From contig JAHFMN010000004.1 of assembly GCA_023264445.1 (NCBI GenBank), positions 1 to 43,102 of the forward strand: a stretch of 43,102 bases of DNA, in the 5' to 3' direction. Position numbers and translations under genes: made by a program. The notes under the pieces were generated by a model. It made no database searches, had not been told where the DNA came from, and worked only from the letters and a program-made list of their open reading frames with translations. How positions within the stretch are numbered: the stretch's first letter is position 1; each line of letters begins with the position of its first letter. Origin of the DNA: Candidatus Kaiserbacteria bacterium (GTDB taxonomy: Bacteria > Patescibacteriota > Minisyncoccia > Phycocordibacterales > Phycocordibacteraceae). This document shows, one piece after another, positions 1 through 8,092 of this stretch.

Positions 1-55
1 ACATCGCTCCCCGCACTAGAAAAGCAGGCTCTGTGAACGGAACGATTCTTTTTCG

Positions 56-95
56 ATGTCGCAATTTTGGACCTATAGGTCCAAAATTGCGACAT
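56..95. repeat. Perfect 40-bp palindrome with no spacer
   Basis: atgtcgcaattttggaccta|taggtccaaaattgcgacat; the halves are exact reverse complements. It lies just downstream of the rnc stop. Confidence 0.95.
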
Positions 96-106
96 GGTGT
101 TGGTTT

Positions 107-796
107 TCACCAACCGGTTTTATCAAGCCCCGCTTGAGCGGCGGATTGTTCTGCTTCCTGCTTAGACTTCCCTTCTCCGCGCGCGATTTCTTCGGAGCCG
201 ATGAATACGCCGACGGTAAAGCGCTTATCGTGGTCGGGACCGATTTCGGACAACGTCTCGTATATCGGAGTGATGCCGCGTTTCTCTTGTGCGATTTCCT
301 GGAAGCGGCTCTTGGCATCCTGGTAGGAGCGATTCGCGATGACCTCGTCTATCTTGCCGTAGAGATTCTTCGCAATGAATGCTTCGGCGTTTGCATAGCC
401 CGAATCCAGATAGATAGCGCCGATGATCGCTTCAAATGTGTCGGCGAGTATCACGTCGCGCGCACGGCCGGTATCCTTCGCTTCGCCTTTGGAAAGGAGA
501 AGGTAGTCGTTTATGCCGAGCGCTTGCGCGCTTGAGGCCAAGGATACGGTATTCACGAGTGCCGCACGGTACGCGGTGAGCTCGCCTTCAGGCTTCTGGG
601 GAAACTTCTTGAAGAGGAAGTCGGTCGCTGCGAGTTCAAGCACGGCATCGCCGAGGAATTCGAGACGTTCGTTGTGCGAACCCGTATACTCGCGATGTTC
701 ATTTAAATAGGAGCGGTGCGTCAAAGCCTCGACAAGGAGGTCGGGGTTAGAAAATGAAATACCAATTTTTTGGGCAAATGAGGAGAAATCAGGCAT
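107..796 (-). CDS. rnc: Ribonuclease III
   Basis: RNase III signature HNERLEFLGDAVL, ADTFEAIIGAIYLD and a C-terminal dsRBD (YQDAKSRFQE...GEGKSKQEAEQSAA). Start placed at MPDFSS (CAT 794-796), overlapping the nusB stop. Confidence 0.97.
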   Translation of the reverse strand: MPDFSSFAQKIGISFSNPDLLVEALTHRSYLNEHREYTGSHNERLEFLGDAVLELAATDFLFKKFPQKPEGELTAYRAALVNTVSLASSAQALGINDYLLLSKGEAKDTGRARDVILADTFEAIIGAIYLDSGYANAEAFIAKNLYGKIDEVIANRSYQDAKSRFQEIAQEKRGITPIYETLSEIGPDHDKRFTVGVFIGSEEIARGEGKSKQEAEQSAAQAGLDKTGW

Positions 797-1709
797 GTGA
801 GCTCGCACTTCGGCTGCTGCTACTTGAATGATCAAGGAGCTTTTGGACAGCCGCGGTGACGATGGGGAGCATATCATCATAGAAATTGAGGTCAATGATG
901 TCCTGGAGGCGGAACCATTTTGCATCATCGAGCCCGCCGCTCTTCTTCAGCACCAGCGGCTCAAACGCGGTAGAGGCGAGGAAGAACCAAACGTGCTTTC
1001 TGACCTTCCCCTTTTCCGGATGCGAAGCGACGTATTCATTTTCTCCGACTTGATTCTCCACGCTTGCATCAAGACCGAGCTCCTCCTTGATGACGCGCGT
1101 GACACCTATCTGCGGTGTCGCGTCTTCTTCGATGTGGCCCTTTGAAAGGGTCCAGTGCCCAAACACATCATGCACGAGAGCAAGAAAATACTGCCCGTCG
1201 TGCTTCGCATAGACGATGGCTCCGCCCATTTTCTCAAGCGGAAGCTCTTCGCGCTTCAGTTTCTTCGGTCCTTGCTCGTTCTTGCCCGGCTCACCGAGCT
1301 CTTTGTAGACTGCGCCGAGGACGCCGTTGACGAACCGGCCGCTTGAGTCACCACCGAACGTCTTTGCGAGTTCTATGGCCTCATTAATAGCCACCTTCGC
1401 AGGCACCTGCGAGCGATCAGCAAAAAGAAGCTCATAGAGCCCAAGGCGCAGAATATTGCGGTCTACCGGCGCGATGCGCTCAAGGGGCCACTCTGGTGCT
1501 GCTTTCTCAATAACAAGGTCGATATCGGCTTTTTTTGCGAGCACGCCGATAAGGAGATTATTCATGAACGGTTGGTCGGTGTCGTCGCCGCCGAACTCCG
1601 CGACATTTCGGGCAAGGATGTCTGCGGTATCTGCGTCCGACGCATGCGTCGTATCCCACTCGAAAAGTGTCTGGAGAACAACAGAACGCGCTAAATGTCG
1701 GTTCGCCAT
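789..1709 (-). CDS. nusB: Transcription antitermination factor NusB fused to a C-terminal Nudix-fold domain
   Basis: N-half RHLARSVVLQTLFEW...VDRNILRLGLYEL...KVAINEAIELAKTFG...FVNGVLG is NusB. C-half WTLSKGHIE...EELGL...WF is Nudix-like. Start MANRH (CAT 1707-1709). Confidence 0.93.
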   Translation of the reverse strand: MANRHLARSVVLQTLFEWDTTHASDADTADILARNVAEFGGDDTDQPFMNNLLIGVLAKKADIDLVIEKAAPEWPLERIAPVDRNILRLGLYELLFADRSQVPAKVAINEAIELAKTFGGDSSGRFVNGVLGAVYKELGEPGKNEQGPKKLKREELPLEKMGGAIVYAKHDGQYFLALVHDVFGHWTLSKGHIEEDATPQIGVTRVIKEELGLDASVENQVGENEYVASHPEKGKVRKHVWFFLASTAFEPLVLKKSGGLDDAKWFRLQDIIDLNFYDDMLPIVTAAVQKLLDHSSSSSRSASSHA

Positions 1710-1728
1710 GAAAAGATCTGTGCGAGTA

Positions 1729-1764
1729 GTATAACACCGCACCACTCGTGGTGCGGTGTTATAC
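1729..1764. repeat. 36-bp near-perfect palindrome between rpmF and nusB, overlapping a -10-like TATACT on the minus strand
   Basis: gtataacaccgcaccac-tc-gtggtgcggtgttatac: 17-bp arms with a 2-nt centre. Confidence 0.9.
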
Positions 1765-1781
1765 AAACGTTTTGTGGATTG

Positions 1782-2135
1782 TTACGCACCACCACCGAAA
1801 CCGCTTCGCGCTTTCGGTCGGCCTCCCGTTGCAATCTTGCCGAATACTCCCTTCGTACTCTTTGCTTCAGCATTCGCATGTTCCTCGTGCGCGTGCAGGT
1901 GCTCATGCTTCGCTGCCGGTTCGGTTGAAGGGCCTTTCACTTTATGTTCGTGCTTCGCTTTCACTTTCGGCGTAAAAATCTGCTTACCACGGTACATGCC
2001 AGTCGCCTCGTCCAAGCGATGCGGAAGGCGGAGATTGCCGCTTTCCTTGTCTTTGACGACGACGGTCGCCTTGAGCGCATGATGCGATCGGCGATTATTG
2101 GTGTGCCCTCTCGTGTGGCGCATTCGGATTGACAT
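1782..2135 (-). CDS. rpmF: 50S ribosomal protein bL32, Cys-free form, with a ~60-aa His/Lys/Glu-rich C-terminal extension
   Basis: [21 protein letters not shown]...[17 protein letters not shown] matches L32. It sits in the usual rpmF-nusB-rnc neighbourhood. Confidence 0.88.
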   Translation of the reverse strand: MSIRMRHTRGHTNNRRSHHALKATVVVKDKESGNLRLPHRLDEATGMYRGKQIFTPKVKAKHEHKVKGPSTEPAAKHEHLHAHEEHANAEAKSTKGVFGKIATGGRPKARSGFGGGA

Positions 2136-2160
2136 AGCTGCACCCTACCATGTGATGTAT

Positions 2161-2201
2161 AAAAAATCAAAAGCGCCGTCCCTCCTCACGGGACAGCGCT
2201 T
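2161..2201 (-). terminator. Rho-independent terminator downstream of the small Cys protein
   Basis: Minus strand aagcgctgtccc-gtgagga-gggacggcgctt followed by ttgatttttt. Confidence 0.7.
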
Positions 2202-2227
2202 CGCTTCATGATTGAACAGGAACCCTC

Positions 2228-2446
2228 CTACCTTTCGAACCTCCCACCCAGACACCGCTCGGACTGAGTCGCTGTAATACGCTGCCCTGCTCGCCTGCAA
2301 TTGATGCGGAAGGAGCGTTCGTCTGCCTCGCGAGAAAGCCCACTCACGTTGAGGCATACTTTCTCTCCGCAGGTACACCCTCCGAATCCATGCTCGGCCA
2401 GTGCCTGCACGCTAACTGAAATGATTTCTTTCCCTCTTGTTGCCAT
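2228..2446 (-). CDS. Small four-Cys hypothetical protein (paralogue A)
   Basis: 72-aa ORF MATRGKEII... preceded by GGAG. It has its own TG-C-TACATT -10 near 2503-2511 and a terminator, and aligns without gaps to the next ORF (GFG-C-x6-C-x18-C-x14-C). Confidence 0.65.
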   Translation of the reverse strand: MATRGKEIISVSVQALAEHGFGGCTCGEKVCLNVSGLSREADERSFRINCRRAGQRITATQSERCLGGRFER

Positions 2447-2530
2447 CTGTTTCTCCAAAAGAGCTGGTTCTTGCGCCTGCCACCCGGCTAGACACAAGCG
2501 GATAATGTAGCACAGTACATTACAATCAGA

Positions 2531-2554
2531 AAGTGCCGCCTGGGGGCGACACTT
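2531..2554 (-). terminator. Hairpin (possible terminator) between the two small Cys paralogues
   Basis: Minus strand aagtgtcgcc-ccca-ggcggcactt followed by tctgatt; the U-tract is weak. Confidence 0.45.
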
Positions 2555-2583
2555 ATCGAATGTGGGGCTATACCCCAGTGGTA

Positions 2584-2871
2584 CTAGCTAGTGCTCCTCG
2601 ATCGTTGCTGGGTGCACCTTGCAGAATCTTCAGGAAAAACATGGACTTTTTGAATCGAACAGCAGACCGCCATTCTCCTCGTGCCGGACGCCGGATCGAG
2701 AACGGTTACGCCAAGGCATGGCTTCCCATCGACGACGCAAGGACCGAATCCAAACTCCCTCAGTCGCTTCACCGTTGCTTTCAGCGTGCCATTCACATCG
2801 TCTGCTGCGGTGAGAGGGGGGACCTCGGGCTTTGGTAGTAGCGGCCCTTCGCTAGCTTGCTTCTCCAACAT
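2584..2871 (-). CDS. Small four-Cys hypothetical protein (paralogue B)
   Basis: 95-aa ORF MLEKQASEG... preceded by GAGGAG. Same Cys spacing and GFG motif as 2228-2446. Confidence 0.7.
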   Translation of the reverse strand: MLEKQASEGPLLPKPEVPPLTAADDVNGTLKATVKRLREFGFGPCVVDGKPCLGVTVLDPASGTRRMAVCCSIQKVHVFPEDSARCTQQRSRSTS

Positions 2872-2935
2872 ATTGTTCTCCTCGGAAAGATCTCCATATC
2901 CAGCCCCCATGGCTGAACAAGTTAAGACTTTAACC

Positions 2936-3529
2936 TCATTTTTCTAATAAATCAAGATGGAGGAAGGAACGACGGTGGATAAGCGATGGTCCGTATTTTT
3001 TCAGCATGTCGTAATGCGCCTCGGTGCCATACCCTTTATGCTTTTCAAAACCGTATTCGGGAAATTGTTTTGAGAGACGCGTCATCAAGCGGTCGCGCAT
3101 CACCTTAGCGGCGATAGAGGCAAGCGCGATGATGGGTACGGCTTCGTCTCCTCCTATGATGGTTTGCTGGTCATATTCGCGTGGCGCTTTCAAAAGGCCA
3201 TCGAGATAAATAGAGATGCCCCTCGGTTCAGGTGCAAGGAAGCGGACGCCGCGTGCGATTGCCGAGGCGACTGCACGAGACAATCCCCACTCATCAATCC
3301 GTTGCGCACTGGTTGAGCGCACGCAAAACCGGACATCGCCCTGCCGCGCTCGCGCGCGCAAAAGCCCGAACATTTTTTCACGAGCCAAGGGCGACATCTG
3401 TTTTGAATCCACAAGATTCGGAAACTCTCGAGTGATAGCGAAGCGCTCCGGCACGGCGACGATGCCGATAGCCACCGGGCCTGCCAGAGGCCCCCGCCCC
3501 GCTTCATCCACTCCCAGCATGAACTTCAT
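2936..3529 (-). CDS. rnhB: Ribonuclease HII
   Basis: GVDEAGRGPLAGP, LVDSKQ, LDG, IALASIAAKVMRD, KHKGYGT, IHRRSF. Start MKFMLG, with TATACT 6 nt upstream. Confidence 0.97.
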   Translation of the reverse strand: MKFMLGVDEAGRGPLAGPVAIGIVAVPERFAITREFPNLVDSKQMSPLAREKMFGLLRARARQGDVRFCVRSTSAQRIDEWGLSRAVASAIARGVRFLAPEPRGISIYLDGLLKAPREYDQQTIIGGDEAVPIIALASIAAKVMRDRLMTRLSKQFPEYGFEKHKGYGTEAHYDMLKKYGPSLIHRRSFLHLDLLEK

Positions 3530-3603
3530 GAGGAGAGTATATACCGCGTTAGATACGGGCAATCGGCTGAGCTATCAAAAATAGAACGAATTATCTAACG
3601 GGG

Positions 3604-3609
3604 TATACT
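3604..3609 (+). promoter_or_regulatory. -10 box TATACT of dnaE, divergent from the rnhB promoter
   Basis: gggTATACTgggatctaATG: 8 nt to the start codon and no Shine-Dalgarno. Confidence 0.55.
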
Positions 3610-3617
3610 GGGATCTA

Positions 3618-6600
3618 ATGAAGGGCCGATTTATTCACCTACATACGCACAGCCACTACTCCTTTCTTGAAGCGTTGCCAAAAGTAGACGAACTCGTCGA
3701 AAAGGCAAAGAAGGAAGGTATGGACGCGCTCGCGCTCACGGACGCCGGTAACATGCACGGCGCCATAGAATTTTATAAAGCGGCGACGGCAGCGGGCATA
3801 AAACCGATTCTCGGCGTCGATGCCTACCTCGCTCCGCGCTCACGGCACGAGAAAGATCGGACGATGGATATCAAACGCTCGCGCATCGTGCTGTTGGCGG
3901 AAGATACGGAGGGGTATAAAAATCTGCTCGCGCTCGTGACAAAATCGTGGACCGAAGGATTCTTCGAGCGCCCGCGCATCGACAAGGAACTGCTTCGTGC
4001 GCACAGCCGCGGTGTCATTGCGATTATTCCGTCATTTGCTGGAGACGTCGCACAGGCACTGCGCGCCGGCGACCGCAATGGCGCGGCGGCTGCGCTGGCG
4101 GAGTTCAAGAATATATTTCTTGCCGAGAACGTCTTCCTCGAAATAACGCATCACCCGAAAGTTGCCGGGCATGAGGCACTAATGCAAGAGATTATTGCGC
4201 TTGCACGCGAAAGCGACACCTCGCTCGTTGCAGCACACGACGTGTATTACTTGGATCCAGACGATCGCGAAGCGACCGAAATCATGCGCCGCATTCAGCA
4301 TGGTGCGCATGGCAAGAACGAAGAGGAAGATTTTTCGTTCATCGGAGAAACGACGGCAGAAAAACTCTTCGCCGACACGCCTGATGCACTTGATAATTCT
4401 CGTCGTATCGCAGACCGATGCACTGTCTCATTTGAGCTCGGAAAATGGACGTTCCCTACCGTCCCCGTCTCACCAGGGTTCAAGAATCATGATGACGAGC
4501 TGCGGACGAAGGCGTATGCCGGCATCAAAGAGCGCGGTCTTGAGGAAACGAAGGAGGTCACTGACCGTATTGATTACGAACTGACTATCATCATCAACAA
4601 GGGCTTCGCCGTGTACTATCTCATCGTCGCCGACCTCTTGGCATTTGCACGGCGTGAGGGAATCCTCACCACTACTCGCGGCTCTGCAGCGGGAAGTCTC
4701 GTCGCCTACCTCACCGGCATCACGAACGTAAATCCACTTTTCTATAAATTGCCTTTTGAACGATTCCTCAATCCAGAACGCCCGAAGGCTCCGGATATTG
4801 ATATGGACATTGCCGACGATCGACGGGACGACATGATCGCCTATACGAAACAGAAATACGGCGAGGATCATGTCGCCCAGATCGGCACCTTCGGTACGAT
4901 GATGGCGCGAGCAGCAGTGCGAGACGTCGCGCGGGCGCTTGGCCACTCATACAATACCGGCGACCGTATCGCAAAGCTTATTCCGATGGGTTCGCAAGGA
5001 TTCCCCATGACCATCGACCGCGCGCTCGAACTTGAGCCGGACCTGAAGACGCTCTATGACGAAGACGACGAATCGCGCGAGGTTATCGATCTTGCAAAAC
5101 GTATCGAGGGTTGCGTACGGCATGTGGGCGTCCACGCCGCTGGCGTGGTCGTCGCACCGACACCGCTTATCGAATGGACACCGATCCAGCCGGATCCCAA
5201 AGGCACCGGCAAGCTCATCACGCAGTACGACATGTATTCCATCACCGATGAATACGGCGGCGTCGGGCTCCTGAAATTCGATTTCCTCGGTATTAAAAAT
5301 CTTGCCATCCTCGCTGACGCCGTTGCACGCGTAAAAGAAACTCGAGACATTACTATTGATATTGAAAATGTTCCTATTGACGATGCAAAGACGTATCAGA
5401 TGCTCGCGCGCGGCGAGACCGAAGGCACCTTCCAGCTAAATGGTTCCGGTATGACGCGCTGGCTGAAAGAGCTGCGCCCGACGACCATCCACGATATCAA
5501 TGCGATGGTCGCGCTCTACCGCCCAGGGCCGATGGAGACTATCCCGCAATATGTCGAGCGCAAACATAATGCAAAACTCATCCGGTACGTCGACGAACGC
5601 ATGAAAGACTATCTTGATTTCTCCTATGGCCTTCTTGTCTATCAGGATGATGTGCTCCTCACCGCTATAACGCTTGGCGGGTATTCGTGGCTTGAGGCGG
5701 ATGCGCTTCGCAAAGCGATGGGCAAGAAAATCCCGAAAGTCATGCAGGCGGAAAAAGAAAAACTGCTTCAGGGCTTTATGGAATACGGGAAGCTCCCGAA
5801 GCATACGGCGGAGAAACTCTGGTCTTTGATCGAGCCGTTTGCTGCGTACGGATTCAACAAGGCGCATGCGGCAAGCTACGGCAAGGTCGCCTATCAGACC
5901 GCCTACATGAAGGCGAATTATCCGGTTGAATACCTTTCTGCCCTTCTTACCGCCGATTCGGGCGACACGGAACAGATTGCTATATTCGTTGCAGAAGCGA
6001 AGCGCATGAACGTCAAGGTACTCCCTCCAGACGTAAACGAGAGCGGGAGCGATTTCACCCCATTAGAAGTCCGCGCCGAGGACGGCGCGATTCTAACGGG
6101 GCAAGCCGTCACTGGAAAAATGAACGCCATACGATTCGGATTGTCATCTATCAAGAACTTCGGCGACGGTATTTCTGAAGCAATTATCGCCGAACGGAAA
6201 GCGCGCGGAGCGTTTACTTCCCTTTCTGATTTCCTTTCTCGCATTGGTTCAAAAAATCTCAACCGCAAATCGCTTGAGTCGCTGGTGAAGTGTGGCGCGC
6301 TTGACTCTCTGATTCCCGAAAATGGCCGCGGATCGCTTCTAGAACGTATTGAAACGCTGCTGGCCTTCCACCGCGAAGCGACTGCTGTCGCACCGCAAGA
6401 TTCGCTTTTCGGTGCATCTATCGCGCCACCGCCTCTCGTGCTCCCTGAAGGAAAACCGGTCTCGCTCTTCGACAAGCTTTCATGGGAGAAAGAATTGCTC
6501 GGCATTTACGTAAGCGGCCATCCGCTTGATGGGCATGCAGCGTTGATGGCGAAGGTGAAGCTCTCGCTTGCAAAGATTAAGGAAGAGCCGCAATCGGGCA

Positions 6601-6842
6601 TGCTCATTGCCCTGCCAGTGCTTGTCACCCTCGTGCGCCCTATCCTCACGAAAGGCGGTGAGAAGATGGTATTTCTCACTGTAGAAGATATGACCGCTTC
6701 TATCGAAGCGGTCGTCTTCCCGAAGCTTTTTAAAGAACACTCCCATGCGATACTTCCCGGCGCGTGCCTCCTCATAAAAGGCAAGATCTCGATACGGAAT
6801 GGCGAGCCCTCCCTCGCCATCGAGAACCTTAAACCTCTCTAG
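3618..6842 (+). CDS. dnaE: DNA polymerase III alpha subunit
   Basis: PHP HLHTHSHYS, RGSAAGS, ERFLNPER..PDIDMD, GLLKFDFLG, YAFNKAHA-like YGFNKAHA and a C-terminal OB fold. 1074 aa, no intein evident. Confidence 0.98.
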   Translation: MKGRFIHLHTHSHYSFLEALPKVDELVEKAKKEGMDALALTDAGNMHGAIEFYKAATAAGIKPILGVDAYLAPRSRHEKDRTMDIKRSRIVLLAEDTEGYKNLLALVTKSWTEGFFERPRIDKELLRAHSRGVIAIIPSFAGDVAQALRAGDRNGAAAALAEFKNIFLAENVFLEITHHPKVAGHEALMQEIIALARESDTSLVAAHDVYYLDPDDREATEIMRRIQHGAHGKNEEEDFSFIGETTAEKLFADTPDALDNSRRIADRCTVSFELGKWTFPTVPVSPGFKNHDDELRTKAYAGIKERGLEETKEVTDRIDYELTIIINKGFAVYYLIVADLLAFARREGILTTTRGSAAGSLVAYLTGITNVNPLFYKLPFERFLNPERPKAPDIDMDIADDRRDDMIAYTKQKYGEDHVAQIGTFGTMMARAAVRDVARALGHSYNTGDRIAKLIPMGSQGFPMTIDRALELEPDLKTLYDEDDESREVIDLAKRIEGCVRHVGVHAAGVVVAPTPLIEWTPIQPDPKGTGKLITQYDMYSITDEYGGVGLLKFDFLGIKNLAILADAVARVKETRDITIDIENVPIDDAKTYQMLARGETEGTFQLNGSGMTRWLKELRPTTIHDINAMVALYRPGPMETIPQYVERKHNAKLIRYVDERMKDYLDFSYGLLVYQDDVLLTAITLGGYSWLEADALRKAMGKKIPKVMQAEKEKLLQGFMEYGKLPKHTAEKLWSLIEPFAAYGFNKAHAASYGKVAYQTAYMKANYPVEYLSALLTADSGDTEQIAIFVAEAKRMNVKVLPPDVNESGSDFTPLEVRAEDGAILTGQAVTGKMNAIRFGLSSIKNFGDGISEAIIAERKARGAFTSLSDFLSRIGSKNLNRKSLESLVKCGALDSLIPENGRGSLLERIETLLAFHREATAVAPQDSLFGASIAPPPLVLPEGKPVSLFDKLSWEKELLGIYVSGHPLDGHAALMAKVKLSLAKIKEEPQSGMLIALPVLVTLVRPILTKGGEKMVFLTVEDMTASIEAVVFPKLFKEHSHAILPGACLLIKGKISIRNGEPSLAIENLKPL

Positions 6843-6868
6843 CCCTAAATGTGATATATTCTGCGAAT

Positions 6869-8092
6869 ATGCCCGAGGATAAGGAGCGCGACCATAAGAA
6901 GCTCGGTAGAGAACTCGATTTATTCACTTTCTCCGAACTCGTAGGGTCCGGTCTTCCGCTGTGGACACCGAAAGGGACTGTCTTGCGCCAGGAGCTCGAT
7001 ACATTCGTTTGGGAACTCCGGTCGAAATACGACTATCAGCGCGTTACTATTCCGCATATCACAAAGCGCAGTCTGTATGAGACTTCCGGCCACTGGGAAA
7101 AATTCGCCGATGATTTGTTTAAAATAACCGCACGCGAAGAACGCGAGTACGCGCTCAAGCCGATGAATTGTCCACATCATACGCAGATATTTGCACGTCG
7201 ACCGCACTCCTATCGCGAAATGCCACAACGATATGCAGAAACGACGATGGTATACCGCGATGAACAATCGGGAGAATTGAATGGCCTTACGCGAGTTCTC
7301 TCTATTACACAAGACGATAGTCACGTCTTCTGCCGTACGTCTCAGATCAAGGAAGAATTTCTTAAGATTTGGAATATCATCGATACCTTTTACAAGCAAT
7401 TTGGATTTACTGATCTTAAAGTACGGCTTTCCTTCCATGATCCAAAAGCACCTGAGAGGTATCTCGGTACGCCTGAAATATGGAAAAATGCTGAGGACGC
7501 TTTGCGGCAAATAGCCCAGGAGCGCGGCGCAGATTCTTTCGAAGCGCCCGGTGAAGCAGCATTGTACGGACCGAAACTTGATTTCATTGCAAGTGATTCC
7601 ATCGGCCGCCAGCACCAAGTCGCAACCATTCAGCTCGATTTAAATCTTCCTGAACGATTCGATCTGTATTGTATTAATGAAAAAGGAGAACATGAGCGAA
7701 TCGTCATGATTCATTCCGCAATTATGGGTTCTATCGAACGCTTCACTGCCGTCTTGCTTGAACATACGGCTGGAATTCTTCCGCTCTGGCTTGCGCCGAT
7801 ACAAGCGCGCGTACTCCCGGTGTCTGAAAAGCACACAGCATATGCGAACGAAGTTATGAGTGAATTGAAAACAGCGAATATTCGAACAGACATAGATGAT
7901 GCGAATGAATCACTTGGAAAAAAAATCCGCAATGCAAAAACAGAAAAAATCCCCTATTTAATCGTTGTCGGCGACGCGGAAGTTGAAGCAAAAACAATCT
8001 CAATCGACAGCCGCGATCACGGAAAACTCGACACGATATCAGTTGCGGACTTTATGGTCCGCGTGACAGACGAGATTAAGCGCCGAGCGTAG
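6869..8092 (+). CDS. thrS: Threonyl-tRNA synthetase lacking the N-terminal TGS/editing domains
   Basis: Begins at RDHKKLGRELDLF. Has LKPMNCPHH, YRDEQSGELNGLTRV, HSAIMGSIERF and the anticodon domain SLGKKIRNA. About 407 aa. Confidence 0.96.
   Translation: MPEDKERDHKKLGRELDLFTFSELVGSGLPLWTPKGTVLRQELDTFVWELRSKYDYQRVTIPHITKRSLYETSGHWEKFADDLFKITAREEREYALKPMNCPHHTQIFARRPHSYREMPQRYAETTMVYRDEQSGELNGLTRVLSITQDDSHVFCRTSQIKEEFLKIWNIIDTFYKQFGFTDLKVRLSFHDPKAPERYLGTPEIWKNAEDALRQIAQERGADSFEAPGEAALYGPKLDFIASDSIGRQHQVATIQLDLNLPERFDLYCINEKGEHERIVMIHSAIMGSIERFTAVLLEHTAGILPLWLAPIQARVLPVSEKHTAYANEVMSELKTANIRTDIDDANESLGKKIRNAKTEKIPYLIVVGDAEVEAKTISIDSRDHGKLDTISVADFMVRVTDEIKRRA

Noticed and set aside
1-36. Possible 3' end of a plus-strand gene (TSLPALEKQAL*)
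   Set aside because: Only 11 codons are visible, which is not enough to support a call.
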